Counted from the stretch's first letter, positions 9,735 through 19,354 are shown. The stretch is 64,000 bases of DNA from Promethearchaeota archaeon (GCA_016839765.1 JAEOTP010000015.1:15978-79977); one strand, 5' to 3'. The notes: generated by a model not told the origin, from the sequence alone. Numbers and translations are program-made.

Positions 9735-10028
9735 TTATCGTTCGGTATATCCTACAAACCCTCCTATTAGCACTAATATTCCTCCAATTATACTAGTGTA
9801 AATTATCATGATTATTCCTAAAACTACAAATAGTATCCAATTCAGAGGAATAGGATTGTTTGGTCGAATTATACTTAATAATATAATGACAGCAATAACT
9901 ATAGCAACAATTAACGTAATTAGCTTAACAGTATCTAAATTTCTTTGATCGAATCCCATTATTGCTTCTATTAATGATATTGCCCCTCCAATACCTCCTA
10001 AAAGTTTCATTAAATCCTCGTTTCGCAT
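9735..10028 (-). CDS. Small membrane protein (about 3 TM segments), unknown function
   Basis: 97 aa, mostly hydrophobic (IGGAISLIEAIMG, LITLIVAIVIAVIILLSII, ILFVVLGIIMIIYTSIIGGILVLIGGFVG). Confidence 0.5.
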   Translation of the reverse strand: MRNEDLMKLLGGIGGAISLIEAIMGFDQRNLDTVKLITLIVAIVIAVIILLSIIRPNNPIPLNWILFVVLGIIMIIYTSIIGGILVLIGGFVGYTER

Positions 10029-10217
10029 TTTTTCTGAGTATTTAAGCTATAATTTAATTAAGTCTATAATAAAAATTCTTAATAAAAAATCTAATGATTT
10101 TTCTCAAATAATAATAAATATCTAATTAGTATTCATGCCTATATTTTTTACAAAAATGGCAATTATTTTGACTATATATTCAAAAGATTTATAACTTAGT
10201 TAATTCCAACTAGAGAT

Positions 10218-10237
10218 CAACGACTTTTTTGTCGTTG
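10218..10237. promoter_or_regulatory. Perfect palindrome CAACGAC-N6-GTCGTTG in the divergent region upstream of cooF
   Basis: Read directly. It is the only G+C-containing dyad in an otherwise very AT-rich 330-bp intergenic region, about 120 nt upstream of the cooF start. Confidence 0.3.
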
Positions 10238-10356
10238 TTTAGAAAAACTAATAAAGGTGAAATTCAAACACCTAAACTTAAAACCAATCTAAATATAAAA
10301 AATTATTTTTTATAAAAAAAAATTAAAACTAAATTTAAAATGAGGGAAGTCCAAAA

Positions 10357-10965
10357 ATGAAGACCGTATATGTAATACCAGAACATTGTATTGGATGTAA
10401 ACATTGTGAAATTGCTTGTTCAGTAGAACATTCAGAATCAAAAAATCTTTTTGCTGCAATTTTTGAAGAACCCTTTCCTACTCCAAGAATTCATGTAATG
10501 CCTTCTGTTGGAATATTGACCTATCCGGGTAAATGTCGACAATGTTACCCAACACCATGTATAAATGTATGTCCTTCAGGAGCAATAAGTAGAGATAAAG
10601 AAACAGAAACTATCCTTTTAAATGAAGAAAAATGTATTGCGTGTGGTATGTGTGCTATAGCCTGCCCTCTTGATGCGATTACTTTTCATCCATCTTGGAA
10701 GGTCTCTTTAGATAGGGAAGTTGCCATTAAATGTGACAATTGTCAAGAGCGTATTAGTGTTGGATTGAATCCAGTGTGCGTTGATGCATGTAAAACAATG
10801 GCTCTTAATTATGGAGATATTAACGAGATTATAAAAGAGGAAAGAAAAACAGTTGCTCAAAAAGTTGCAGCAGTAGAGACAGAAATTCGACCTGAAATTC
10901 CTGGATTAATAAAGTTGTGGCGTGATTTGGGTTTCTCTATGATGCAGGTAGGTGTGGAAAAATGA
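10357..10965 (+). CDS. cooF: CooF-like 4Fe-4S ferredoxin (CODH electron-transfer subunit)
   Basis: Several CxxCxxCxxxC(P) motifs ('CIGCKHCEIAC', 'CIACGMCAIACP', 'CDNCQERI'). Its stop overlaps the cooS start (ATGA). Confidence 0.7.
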   Translation: MKTVYVIPEHCIGCKHCEIACSVEHSESKNLFAAIFEEPFPTPRIHVMPSVGILTYPGKCRQCYPTPCINVCPSGAISRDKETETILLNEEKCIACGMCAIACPLDAITFHPSWKVSLDREVAIKCDNCQERISVGLNPVCVDACKTMALNYGDINEIIKEERKTVAQKVAAVETEIRPEIPGLIKLWRDLGFSMMQVGVEK

Positions 10966-12863
10966 AAAGGGAAATTATTTTAGAAAGGACAATAGATACA
11001 GCTGCACAAGAAATGTTAGAAAAAGCAACTGAAGAGCATATTGATACAGCTTGGGATAGATATGAAGCACAAGAACCACAATGTGGTTATGGATTACTTG
11101 GTATTTGTTGTAGAAATTGCGTTATGGGTCCTTGTCGAATTGATCCTTTTGGAAATGAGCCACAGAAAGGAGTGTGTGGTGCTGACGCGGATACAATCGT
11201 TGCTAGAAATCTTGCGAGAATGATTGCTGGAGGAGCGGCAGCGCATTCTGATCATGGTCGAGACATAGTAGAAGTTCTTCATTTAACTGCTGAGGGTAAA
11301 ACACAAGGATATCAAATAAATGATGAAGAAAAATTGAAACGAATTGCCCAAGAATATAGAATAATTACAGATGAAAGACCTAAAGAGGAAATAGCCAAGG
11401 AATTAGCAGAAAAAGCAATGGAAGAATTTGGGATGATTAAAAATACCATTCAATTTGCAGAACGAGCACCAGAGAAAAGAAAGGAGTTATGGAAAAATCT
11501 TGGAATTTGGCCACGAAGTATTGATAGAGAAATTGTTGAAATAATGCATCGTACTCATATAGGAGTTGGGGCAGAAATTGCGAGTCTATTATTACATGGC
11601 TTAAGAGCCTCTCTTAGTGATGGTTGGGGTGGATCAATGCTAGCTACAGAATTCAGTGATATTTTATGGGGGACTCCAAAACCAAAGGAGAGTACGGTAA
11701 GCCTTGGAGTGTTAAAGGAAGATCACGTTAATATTATTGTACATGGTCATAATCCTGTTTTGTCTGAAGTAATTGTAGATGCTGTTAGAGATCCTGAAAT
11801 GATTGAATTAGCAAAACAGAAAGGAGCTATTGGAATTAATATTGCTGGAATTTGTTGTACCTCAAATGAACTATTGATGAGAAAAGGGATTCCTGTTGCT
11901 GGAAACTTCCTGGTACAGGAATTAGCACTTATTTCTGGAGCTGTAGATGCTATGGTTGTAGATTATCAGTGTCTTATGCCCTCTTTACCATCAATTGCTA
12001 ATTGTTATCATTCAAAAGTAATAACTACCTCTCCAAAAGCTCAGATTCCTGGAGCCACTCACATTGAATTCGATCCTGAACATGCTTATGATATTGGAAC
12101 TAAGATTGTGAAAGAAGCTATTGAAGCCTATGAAAACAGAAACCCTAATCTTGTAAGAATCCCTAAGAAGATTGTAAAATTAATGGCTGGATTTTCTGCG
12201 GAAGCAATTCTGGAAGCTCTTGGTGGTACTGTGCAACCTTTAATTGATGCAATAGTAGCAGGAAAAATTCGCGGAATAGCTGCTGTAGTTGGTTGCAACA
12301 ATCCAAAAATTAAACATGATTTTAATCATGTTACCTTGACAAAACGATTAATTGAAAAGGATATTCTAGTTGTTGAAACTGGTTGTGCAGCAATAGCAAA
12401 TGCTAAGGCGGGTTTATTAGTTCCAGAAGCGGCAGATCAAGCTGGTGAAGGGTTAAAGGAAGTCGCAAAAAGTCTTGGGATACCTCCTGTTTTGCATATG
12501 GGTTCATGTGTTGATATAAGTAGAATTTTGAACGTTGCCGCTGCTATCGCAAACAAGTTAAATGTAGATATTAGCGACTTGCCGGTTGCTGGTGCCGCTC
12601 CAGAATGGATGTCTGAAAAAGCAGTTAGTATTGGAGCCTATGTTGTTTCTTCGGGAATATTTACAGTTCTTGGTGCTATTCCTCCTGTATTAGGAAGTAA
12701 AGGAGTAACAGAACTTCTCACACAAGGATTAAAAAACGTCGTAGGAGCTACTTTCGCTGTTGAACCAGATCCAGAGAAGGAAGCAGAATTAATAATTAAT
12801 CATATTAATGAAAAGCGAAAAGCTCTTGGATTAAAAGAAACACCAATAGAAACTGTTATGTAA
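10962..12863 (+). CDS. cooS: Ni,Fe carbon monoxide dehydrogenase catalytic subunit, CooS type
   Basis: 633 aa. 'CGYGLLGICCRNCVMGPCRI' (B/D-cluster cysteines), 'IIVHGHNP', 'GICCTSNE' and 'MGSCVDISR' are the conserved C-cluster ligand regions. Confidence 0.9.
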   Translation: MKREIILERTIDTAAQEMLEKATEEHIDTAWDRYEAQEPQCGYGLLGICCRNCVMGPCRIDPFGNEPQKGVCGADADTIVARNLARMIAGGAAAHSDHGRDIVEVLHLTAEGKTQGYQINDEEKLKRIAQEYRIITDERPKEEIAKELAEKAMEEFGMIKNTIQFAERAPEKRKELWKNLGIWPRSIDREIVEIMHRTHIGVGAEIASLLLHGLRASLSDGWGGSMLATEFSDILWGTPKPKESTVSLGVLKEDHVNIIVHGHNPVLSEVIVDAVRDPEMIELAKQKGAIGINIAGICCTSNELLMRKGIPVAGNFLVQELALISGAVDAMVVDYQCLMPSLPSIANCYHSKVITTSPKAQIPGATHIEFDPEHAYDIGTKIVKEAIEAYENRNPNLVRIPKKIVKLMAGFSAEAILEALGGTVQPLIDAIVAGKIRGIAAVVGCNNPKIKHDFNHVTLTKRLIEKDILVVETGCAAIANAKAGLLVPEAADQAGEGLKEVAKSLGIPPVLHMGSCVDISRILNVAAAIANKLNVDISDLPVAGAAPEWMSEKAVSIGAYVVSSGIFTVLGAIPPVLGSKGVTELLTQGLKNVVGATFAVEPDPEKEAELIINHINEKRKALGLKETPIETVM

Positions 12864-12893
12864 AATTTAATTGAGAAAAAGGTGCAAAGGAAA

Positions 12894-14120
12894 ATGAGAT
12901 TTGTAATAATCGGTACTGGTGGAGCTGGTGTAAGTGGTGTTGAAGCGATAAGAGAGCACGACCAAGAGTCAGAAATTATTATGATTTCTAAAGAAGATGT
13001 TCCGCCATATTCCGCTTGCCTTCTCTGTCATTACATCTTGGAAGAGGATGAACGAGATACGATTTTCTGGAAAGGAAAAGATTTTTTCGATCAGATGAAT
13101 ATTACTCCAATCTTAGGCAAAGAAGTAAAAAGTATTCAGCCTGAAAACAAAAAGGTTTTAGTTGACTCAGAATCGGTTGATTATGACAAACTTCTTATAG
13201 CAGCAGGTGGCTATGTTGATGTACCTCCTATAAAGAAACTTGATAAAAATGGTGTTTTTACATTCAAAACTTTGAGCAATACTGATAATATTTACAATTG
13301 GGTTAAAACCCAAAAAATTGAAAATGCTGTTGTGCTTGGTGCCGGTTTCATAGGTCTTGATGCTGCTGAGGGTTTGAAGAAAAAAAATATAAATGTTACT
13401 ATTGTAGAGGCTTTAGATAGGATTTTACCACGTATGCTTGATAAAGAAATGGGGAATATGGCAAAAGAGATTCTTGGAAAAAATGATATCAATCTTTTTC
13501 TAGAAAATAATATCACTGAGATTTTAGGGAAAAAAAAAGTAAAAGGTGTTAAACTTACTGATGGAACTGTTTTAGATGCCGATATCGTTATAATTGCCAC
13601 AGGTGTCAAACCAAATTTAGAGTTTTTAAGGGATAGTGGAATTAGAACAAATTCAGGAGTGATTGTAAATGAATATCTCGAAACAAATGTCCCTAATATA
13701 TACGCTGCAGGAGATGTCGCCGAATCTACTAATATTTCAACGGAAAATAGAGAATCAATTTTACTTTGGTCCAATGCATTAGTTCAGGGGACAGTTGCAG
13801 GTTATAATATGGTTGGAAAAAAGACTAAATATGAGGGTTCTGCTATTCAAACCCTTATTAAGGTATTTGGGATACCAATAATTTCAGATGGAGTATATGA
13901 AGGAGAAGAATTGAAATTTTTTGAAGATAGTATTTACAAGAAAATGTATCTTAAGAACTCAACTATTAATGGTTATATGCTTATTAATACGATGCAAAAT
14001 GCAGGGGTATATCACTCGCTCATGATAAGTAAGAGAGAAGTATCCAAATATAAGAAGTTTATATTAACAAATAAGTTTAATATAGGCAAAATCATAATGG
14101 AGGCTGCTTTAGTAAGCTAA
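12894..14120 (+). CDS. FAD/NAD(P)-dependent pyridine nucleotide-disulfide oxidoreductase associated with CODH
   Basis: Two Rossmann motifs ('FVIIGTGGAGVSG', 'AVVLGAGFIGLDAAE') and 'AAGDVAE'. I prefer the ATG at 12894 (MRFVIIGTG, after 'aaggtg') over the listed GTG at 12882. Confidence 0.8.
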   Translation: MRFVIIGTGGAGVSGVEAIREHDQESEIIMISKEDVPPYSACLLCHYILEEDERDTIFWKGKDFFDQMNITPILGKEVKSIQPENKKVLVDSESVDYDKLLIAAGGYVDVPPIKKLDKNGVFTFKTLSNTDNIYNWVKTQKIENAVVLGAGFIGLDAAEGLKKKNINVTIVEALDRILPRMLDKEMGNMAKEILGKNDINLFLENNITEILGKKKVKGVKLTDGTVLDADIVIIATGVKPNLEFLRDSGIRTNSGVIVNEYLETNVPNIYAAGDVAESTNISTENRESILLWSNALVQGTVAGYNMVGKKTKYEGSAIQTLIKVFGIPIISDGVYEGEELKFFEDSIYKKMYLKNSTINGYMLINTMQNAGVYHSLMISKREVSKYKKFILTNKFNIGKIIMEAALVS

Positions 14121-14325
14121 ATCGATACTAATAAAATTCTGACAAATTATTATTAATTAAATTTTTTTTTTATTATATTTTCAGCAGTGATTTATAATAT
14201 TATTAAATAATACTCATAGTTTTAATATGAACATAGTATAGTGATTCATTAGAACCACAATCAAAAATAATTATATACTAAGCTGTTAAAATACTAATTA
14301 TTAATATTAAATCTCGAAAAAATTA

Positions 14326-15288
14326 ATGAACTTCAAAATAATTATCTATGGTCAAGAGGGTGTAGGAACCGGTACTTTTCTTAAGAAGTATGCTAAAACT
14401 CCTATACATGTAGATGATGAAATAGAAGAGATGAGGAGACCGTTCTCTGATACAATATATTACAATATAAGAAAAGAGTTCGATGAAAAATATACTGTAA
14501 GTTCCATAATGAATGAAATTAAAAATATTTACGATAACGCCTTACACAAATACAGTAATAGCATTCTTAATGCAGAATTGTTTATAAATCCAGACATACA
14601 AAAGGCATTTGGATTTAAAATAAAAATATCACCTGAGATTGATTGGTTATCTTTTATATTTGATTATAATGGTTTGAAAATAGTATGTAGAGGTTCTATC
14701 AAGACAGAAATAGCGAAAGATTTTTTTAAAGTCCATGGAACGGCTCTGGAATTAATTAATTTCTTCAAGAACTTTAATTATTCTGTAGAATTAATTGACC
14801 AGACAGAAACTAGTTCGTTTTCTACAAAGTCAGATAAGGAATTAATAGTTGGAGCAGATTTTTTCCTTAAAAAGATTTTGGTTGATGAAAATACCATTAA
14901 TTTACAAATTTGGCATATCACAAGCGAGGAAAGATTTCAATTTTTAATACCAACCTATATAAAAGGTTCCTTAGGAGCCATCTTAATATTCGATATTACA
15001 AATTCTAAAACATTATATCATTTAATCGAGGTTATTCGAATTGTTAAAGAAAATGTTGGTAATATTCCAATTATATTGGTTGGGAATAAAATTGATTTAA
15101 AAAAATCAAGAGAAGTTTTTAAAGAAGAAGGAAATTTATTTAAAGAAACATATAGTTTAGCCTCTTACATAGAGATTTCCTCTAATTTGGGATATAATAT
15201 TGAAACTGTATTTATAGAACTTGTTAAATTATTACTTGAATATACGCAGACAAACCAAAAGGATGGATTAAGCATTCCGAATCTCTAG
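14326..15288 (+). CDS. Rab-like small GTPase fold with degenerate G1/G3 motifs and a ~140-aa insertion (probable pseudo-GTPase)
   Basis: G1 is 'GQEGVGTGT' (the P-loop Lys is replaced). Residues 173-206 'IVGADFFLKKILVDENTINLQIWHITSEERF' align with Rab 'TIGVDF...LQIWDTAGQERF'. G4 'NKID' is intact and G5 is 'SSN'. Confidence 0.7.
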   Translation: MNFKIIIYGQEGVGTGTFLKKYAKTPIHVDDEIEEMRRPFSDTIYYNIRKEFDEKYTVSSIMNEIKNIYDNALHKYSNSILNAELFINPDIQKAFGFKIKISPEIDWLSFIFDYNGLKIVCRGSIKTEIAKDFFKVHGTALELINFFKNFNYSVELIDQTETSSFSTKSDKELIVGADFFLKKILVDENTINLQIWHITSEERFQFLIPTYIKGSLGAILIFDITNSKTLYHLIEVIRIVKENVGNIPIILVGNKIDLKKSREVFKEEGNLFKETYSLASYIEISSNLGYNIETVFIELVKLLLEYTQTNQKDGLSIPNL

Positions 15289-15483
15289 AAATCGCGCTTA
15301 AGAAACTAATTTTTTTTTAATCTAACGATTTTTTTAAAAAAAACTTCAATTTGAGGGAAGCTTAGCAAGAAATCCGCGTCTTTAAAGAGAGGGTTAAGTG
15401 AATTTTTAAATAGTAAAAAAGTTATTTATTGCATATGAGAAGCGACGTCTTAACTTTAGAGGGTGTGAAGATTAATAATACAA

Positions 15484-15714
15484 TTGAGAGATTTATCAAT
15501 TATTTTCAACCTAGCGGTAAATTCACAGATGCTACAGGCACTATCCATGTATTTTAGAGCGGGATCAACTATTGCATCGACAGTAATTTTTGAACAAAAG
15601 GATCAAAGTACCTTGGTAATTCATATGGCGGTAGCTGGAGGAGGCGCAACCATATTTTCTGGGAATGCTAAGAAATCTATGCTTAAGAAGTTAAGAAACT
15701 TCTTATTAGAATAA
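15484..15714 (+). CDS. Hypothetical 76-aa protein (weak call, TTG start)
   Basis: ORF only. There is no ATG/GTG start and no recognisable motif. Confidence 0.25.
   Translation: MRDLSIIFNLAVNSQMLQALSMYFRAGSTIASTVIFEQKDQSTLVIHMAVAGGGATIFSGNAKKSMLKKLRNFLLE
15684..15705. terminator. 9-bp hairpin (TAAGAAGTT-aaga-AACTTCTTA) between convergent gene ends
   Basis: Read directly. It lies at the junction of the 15484..15714 (+) and 15721..16287 (-) ORFs. Confidence 0.3.
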
Positions 15715-15720
15715 ATGAAT

Positions 15721-16287
15721 TCAGAACTCCTTTAATCTGTGTACGATATTCCATTCTTTAACAAGTTTAGCTACACTAGAAGGTACAAAATGTTCCCACG
15801 ATTCCCCTTTTATCATAGCGTCCCGAATCTCGCTACCATTTAATCCTTTTTTCTCCAATGGACCTTCCCATAGGACGTGAATTTTTAAGCCTAATTTCTC
15901 AAAATATTTTCTTTTTTGGCGCCCCCAATCATCGTAAATTGTAAGAAAGAATATTGCATCCATCGGAACATAAAATTTGACAAGTTCTGGAAGATTAATT
16001 GGAAATGGAACGATTGAAAATTCAGATAATTTTAAACCTTTTTCCAATAATGCTTCTCGTATCATTACATAACGTTCATAGTAAGTCAATGGATTGGCTA
16101 AAGAAGTGCTTCGATGTGGATTCGATTTATGGTCTTTAGTTAAGAAGGGATCAGGATTTGTAATCCCTACAATAAGGTGTTTACATAATTCTTTTCCTGC
16201 TAATAGATATTTCACATGGTCATTATGGAGTATCTGGAATCTTCCATGAATCACGCCAATATCGTAAACTGATTCCTTATCTTGCAT
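15721..16287 (-). CDS. Cytidylyltransferase-fold nucleotidyltransferase, probably nicotinamide-nucleotide adenylyltransferase
   Basis: 'GVIHGRFQILHNDHVKYL' matches the GRFQPxHxGH motif of archaeal NMN adenylyltransferases. 188 aa. Confidence 0.65.
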   Translation of the reverse strand: MQDKESVYDIGVIHGRFQILHNDHVKYLLAGKELCKHLIVGITNPDPFLTKDHKSNPHRSTSLANPLTYYERYVMIREALLEKGLKLSEFSIVPFPINLPELVKFYVPMDAIFFLTIYDDWGRQKRKYFEKLGLKIHVLWEGPLEKKGLNGSEIRDAMIKGESWEHFVPSSVAKLVKEWNIVHRLKEF

Positions 16288-16453
16288 CTAATCATAAGAA
16301 TTATTTTGTTTTAGCGTAAATCGAATAATTCAAAAGATAATAATAATCTTTTTATTTAGAGGTTTCATAATCACTATTTTTTCAGGCTTTTACTATTTAT
16401 AAATTCTGATATAATTTTTATTTTATAACTGAGTGAGGTTTTCTGGTTTTTAA

Positions 16454-17647
16454 ATGTCAGCTAAAAATTCATTTTTTACGCTATATGGAGATTTCAACAA
16501 AAACAAAAGTAAAAATCAAGATACCACAATATTTATCCACGCAAGTGACATTCATTTGGGGAGTCATCAATATAGAAATGAATATCGAGCAGACGATTTT
16601 ATTAGAGCTTTTCAAGAAATTTTTTGTGTTTCAATAATTCATCATGCAGATTTTATACTATTAGGTGGGGATGTTTTTACATCTTTAGAAATGCTTCCTG
16701 GAAAGTTGACTAAGATTATAAATATATTAACAGAATTCAAAGATTATACTGGTGGAACAATTCCTATTATAGCGATAGAAGGAAATCATGATATTCGGAA
16801 ATTTTCAAGGGGAGTAAAGTTTTCTAAGCGTGGACAGTCATGGTTGAAACTTTTACTTAATTTAGATTTACTTATTCTTCTTGATGGTAATATGGAGGCA
16901 CCTCCAAATTCAATTTACTTACCTTATGACTCTAAGCATAAAAAGGGAGGCAAAATCCAAATTAAAAATACCATCATTTATGGTAATCATTATCTTGGTG
17001 AAGATCCAGAGGAATATATTCCGAAGATAACAAAAGCAATAGAAAAAAAGGAGAATTTTTTTTACATTCTTTTACAACATTTTGGAATCGAAGGACAAAT
17101 GAAAAATGTACCAGGAATTAATTATAATAAATTGCTTTCATTAAGAGAAAAAGTTGATTATCTAGCTTTAGGACATTATCATTTACAATTTATCTTAGAT
17201 GATTGGGTTTATAATCCCGGGTCTACCGAGGCAGCTTGTTCGGTTGATTCTAATTTTAAAAGAGGAGTCTTTATTGTTAAAATAACGGGAAAAAAACACT
17301 ATGAAAAAAAAGTTTATTCTCTTAGATTAATTAATAGAAAAAATATCTGGAAAACCATTTATTTCCCTTATTCTTTTAAAAATAAAGAGGACATTAAAAA
17401 TTACATAACTAAAAATCTAAAAGTAGAAATGAATAGATCAGGAGATGAACTTGATCTTTCAAATCCTGAAATACCTATGCTATATCTTGTATTAAAGGGC
17501 TGGAAACCATTATTAAAATATAAATTGAATGAAAGAGATTTGAAAGCAGAAATCTTAAAATCTCTACGTGTAGTTGATGTAAAAATTTATCAAAAATTTT
17601 CTGATCCTATAAAAAATCTAAATGACTTTCTTAATATTACATCATAA
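16454..17647 (+). CDS. Mre11/SbcD-like calcineurin-fold metallophosphoesterase (nuclease)
   Basis: Phosphoesterase motifs appear in order: 'HASDIHLG', 'LLGGDVF', 'IEGNHD', 'LLQHFG', 'GHYHLQ'. Confidence 0.7.
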   Translation: MSAKNSFFTLYGDFNKNKSKNQDTTIFIHASDIHLGSHQYRNEYRADDFIRAFQEIFCVSIIHHADFILLGGDVFTSLEMLPGKLTKIINILTEFKDYTGGTIPIIAIEGNHDIRKFSRGVKFSKRGQSWLKLLLNLDLLILLDGNMEAPPNSIYLPYDSKHKKGGKIQIKNTIIYGNHYLGEDPEEYIPKITKAIEKKENFFYILLQHFGIEGQMKNVPGINYNKLLSLREKVDYLALGHYHLQFILDDWVYNPGSTEAACSVDSNFKRGVFIVKITGKKHYEKKVYSLRLINRKNIWKTIYFPYSFKNKEDIKNYITKNLKVEMNRSGDELDLSNPEIPMLYLVLKGWKPLLKYKLNERDLKAEILKSLRVVDVKIYQKFSDPIKNLNDFLNITS

Positions 17648-17715
17648 TTGATTGGATTTAGACTTAATAATATAAAATTAGATCTTTTTAAACAACAATA
17701 ATTAAAAATTTAATT

Positions 17716-19332
17716 ATGGCATTAAAGGCTTTTCTTAAAAAAAATAAATTTTTCAGCATTATAACGTTAGTTTTTACTATTTGGATTTTATTTCTGATAA
17801 TTTTAGCCATATTTAATAGGAGAAATGTGATATTTTGGGAAAATATCTCTAATACTGATGTTTCTTCGGAATACTTAAGTGTTTTACCTCCCTTAAGGTA
17901 TATTTTAGAACCAATTGCTCAATTATCATTTATTTTAGAAATGGAGTTCTCTTGGTTATTTATTGTTATCATAATATACCCCATTTTACGAATAATATAT
18001 TTAATTTTAAGGAAAAAAGGAATAATTCATTCTAAAAAACTTAGATTGATAAAAAACCCGTTAGTAGATGTCATTAGATTTTCTTATAAAGTTTTAATGC
18101 TAACCATATTGGTTATTGGGTTAATAATTCTTGCAGGTTATTTAATTCAAGGATATTTTTTTGTTAGCAGGTATTTTATGATTCCTGTTCAAATTGGAGT
18201 TCATTTATGTATCATTCTTATTATAATTAAGACGTTATATGTTTTAATTAAATTATTCCATCCTAGACTTCAGTGCAACTATTCCAAGAAAAGAAAAAAA
18301 AAAGTAAAAAAGAGAATTAAAAGAAGATCTTTAAAATCTATAAAAAGAGAATTTGTTTATTTAGTTGGAGTTTGTTCCTTACTTTTGGGTATCAATATTT
18401 TATTAATTTCAATACCCTTTCCTACACATAGAATAGTACCTATCGTTCCTCTTGATGATGATGAATTTTTATTTGATTTTCATGTTCATACTACTTATTC
18501 AGATGGTTGGCTTACTCCAGAAGAGAGAGTTCTTTGGTATATAGAACAAGGAATTTCAGGTGCAGCATTTTCTGATCACGACAACATAAGAGGAGCGTCA
18601 GCGGCTCAAAATTTTGTCGAAGTGAATGGACTTCAATTTATAGTTTTCATGGCTGAGGAATGGACTGATAATGAAAACGGTATTCATATGAATTATTTTG
18701 GGATTGCAGAAGAATTAGTCCCACTTCAATCTTATACTCCTGGAGGCCCTACAGCTAAGAATGCTCAAGATACTATAGCTTATGTAAAGGCTAATGGAGG
18801 ATATATTACCGTAAATCATTATAACGCCGATCCTAATCCAAATGGAGGAGTCGGTGTCCCATATAATTTGACTCAGTTAAGAGATTGGGGCGTCGATGGT
18901 TTTGAAATTATTAATGGTGGTAGTTATGGAGGTAAATATCAAGATATAAGAAATTTTACTCTCTCAAACAATTTAATATGCATAGGAGGAAGTGATATCC
19001 ACACAAATGAACCATTAAACACGTTCATTAAGATAAAATTATCTGATCCAACGAATTTAACAATTACAAATATCTTTGAAACTATGAAAACAAATTCAAC
19101 TCATGAAGTAATTGGTATAAAGTTAAATCCTAAAGCAGTTGATTTCCCTGGTGATCTAAATGATTTTGGGTTTTATGTAATTGAAGATTTTATCAATTAT
19201 TTTCTAAATGTTGATGTGTACCAGTCATTATCATGGATCATATGGTCTGGAGCAGTATATATTATAATCTTTCTGTCTTATAGAAAAATTAAAAAAGTAG
19301 ACATAGCTTTTTTAAAACGTAAAATCTTATAA
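17716..19332 (+). CDS. Membrane-anchored PHP-domain metal-dependent phosphoesterase
   Basis: There are about 6 N-terminal TM segments and one C-terminal TM. Between them are 'FDFHVHTTYSDGWLTPEE', 'FSDHDNIRG' and 'GGSDIHT', typical PHP motifs. Confidence 0.7.
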   Translation: MALKAFLKKNKFFSIITLVFTIWILFLIILAIFNRRNVIFWENISNTDVSSEYLSVLPPLRYILEPIAQLSFILEMEFSWLFIVIIIYPILRIIYLILRKKGIIHSKKLRLIKNPLVDVIRFSYKVLMLTILVIGLIILAGYLIQGYFFVSRYFMIPVQIGVHLCIILIIIKTLYVLIKLFHPRLQCNYSKKRKKKVKKRIKRRSLKSIKREFVYLVGVCSLLLGINILLISIPFPTHRIVPIVPLDDDEFLFDFHVHTTYSDGWLTPEERVLWYIEQGISGAAFSDHDNIRGASAAQNFVEVNGLQFIVFMAEEWTDNENGIHMNYFGIAEELVPLQSYTPGGPTAKNAQDTIAYVKANGGYITVNHYNADPNPNGGVGVPYNLTQLRDWGVDGFEIINGGSYGGKYQDIRNFTLSNNLICIGGSDIHTNEPLNTFIKIKLSDPTNLTITNIFETMKTNSTHEVIGIKLNPKAVDFPGDLNDFGFYVIEDFINYFLNVDVYQSLSWIIWSGAVYIIIFLSYRKIKKVDIAFLKRKIL

Positions 19333-19354
19333 CTAATTTTATCTTTTTTTTTGT

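Noticed and set aside
13292-13774. 160-aa minus-strand ORF
   Set aside because: It is antisense to the FAD/NAD oxidoreductase. The Ser/Pro/Phe-rich translation is typical of the reverse complement of a real gene.
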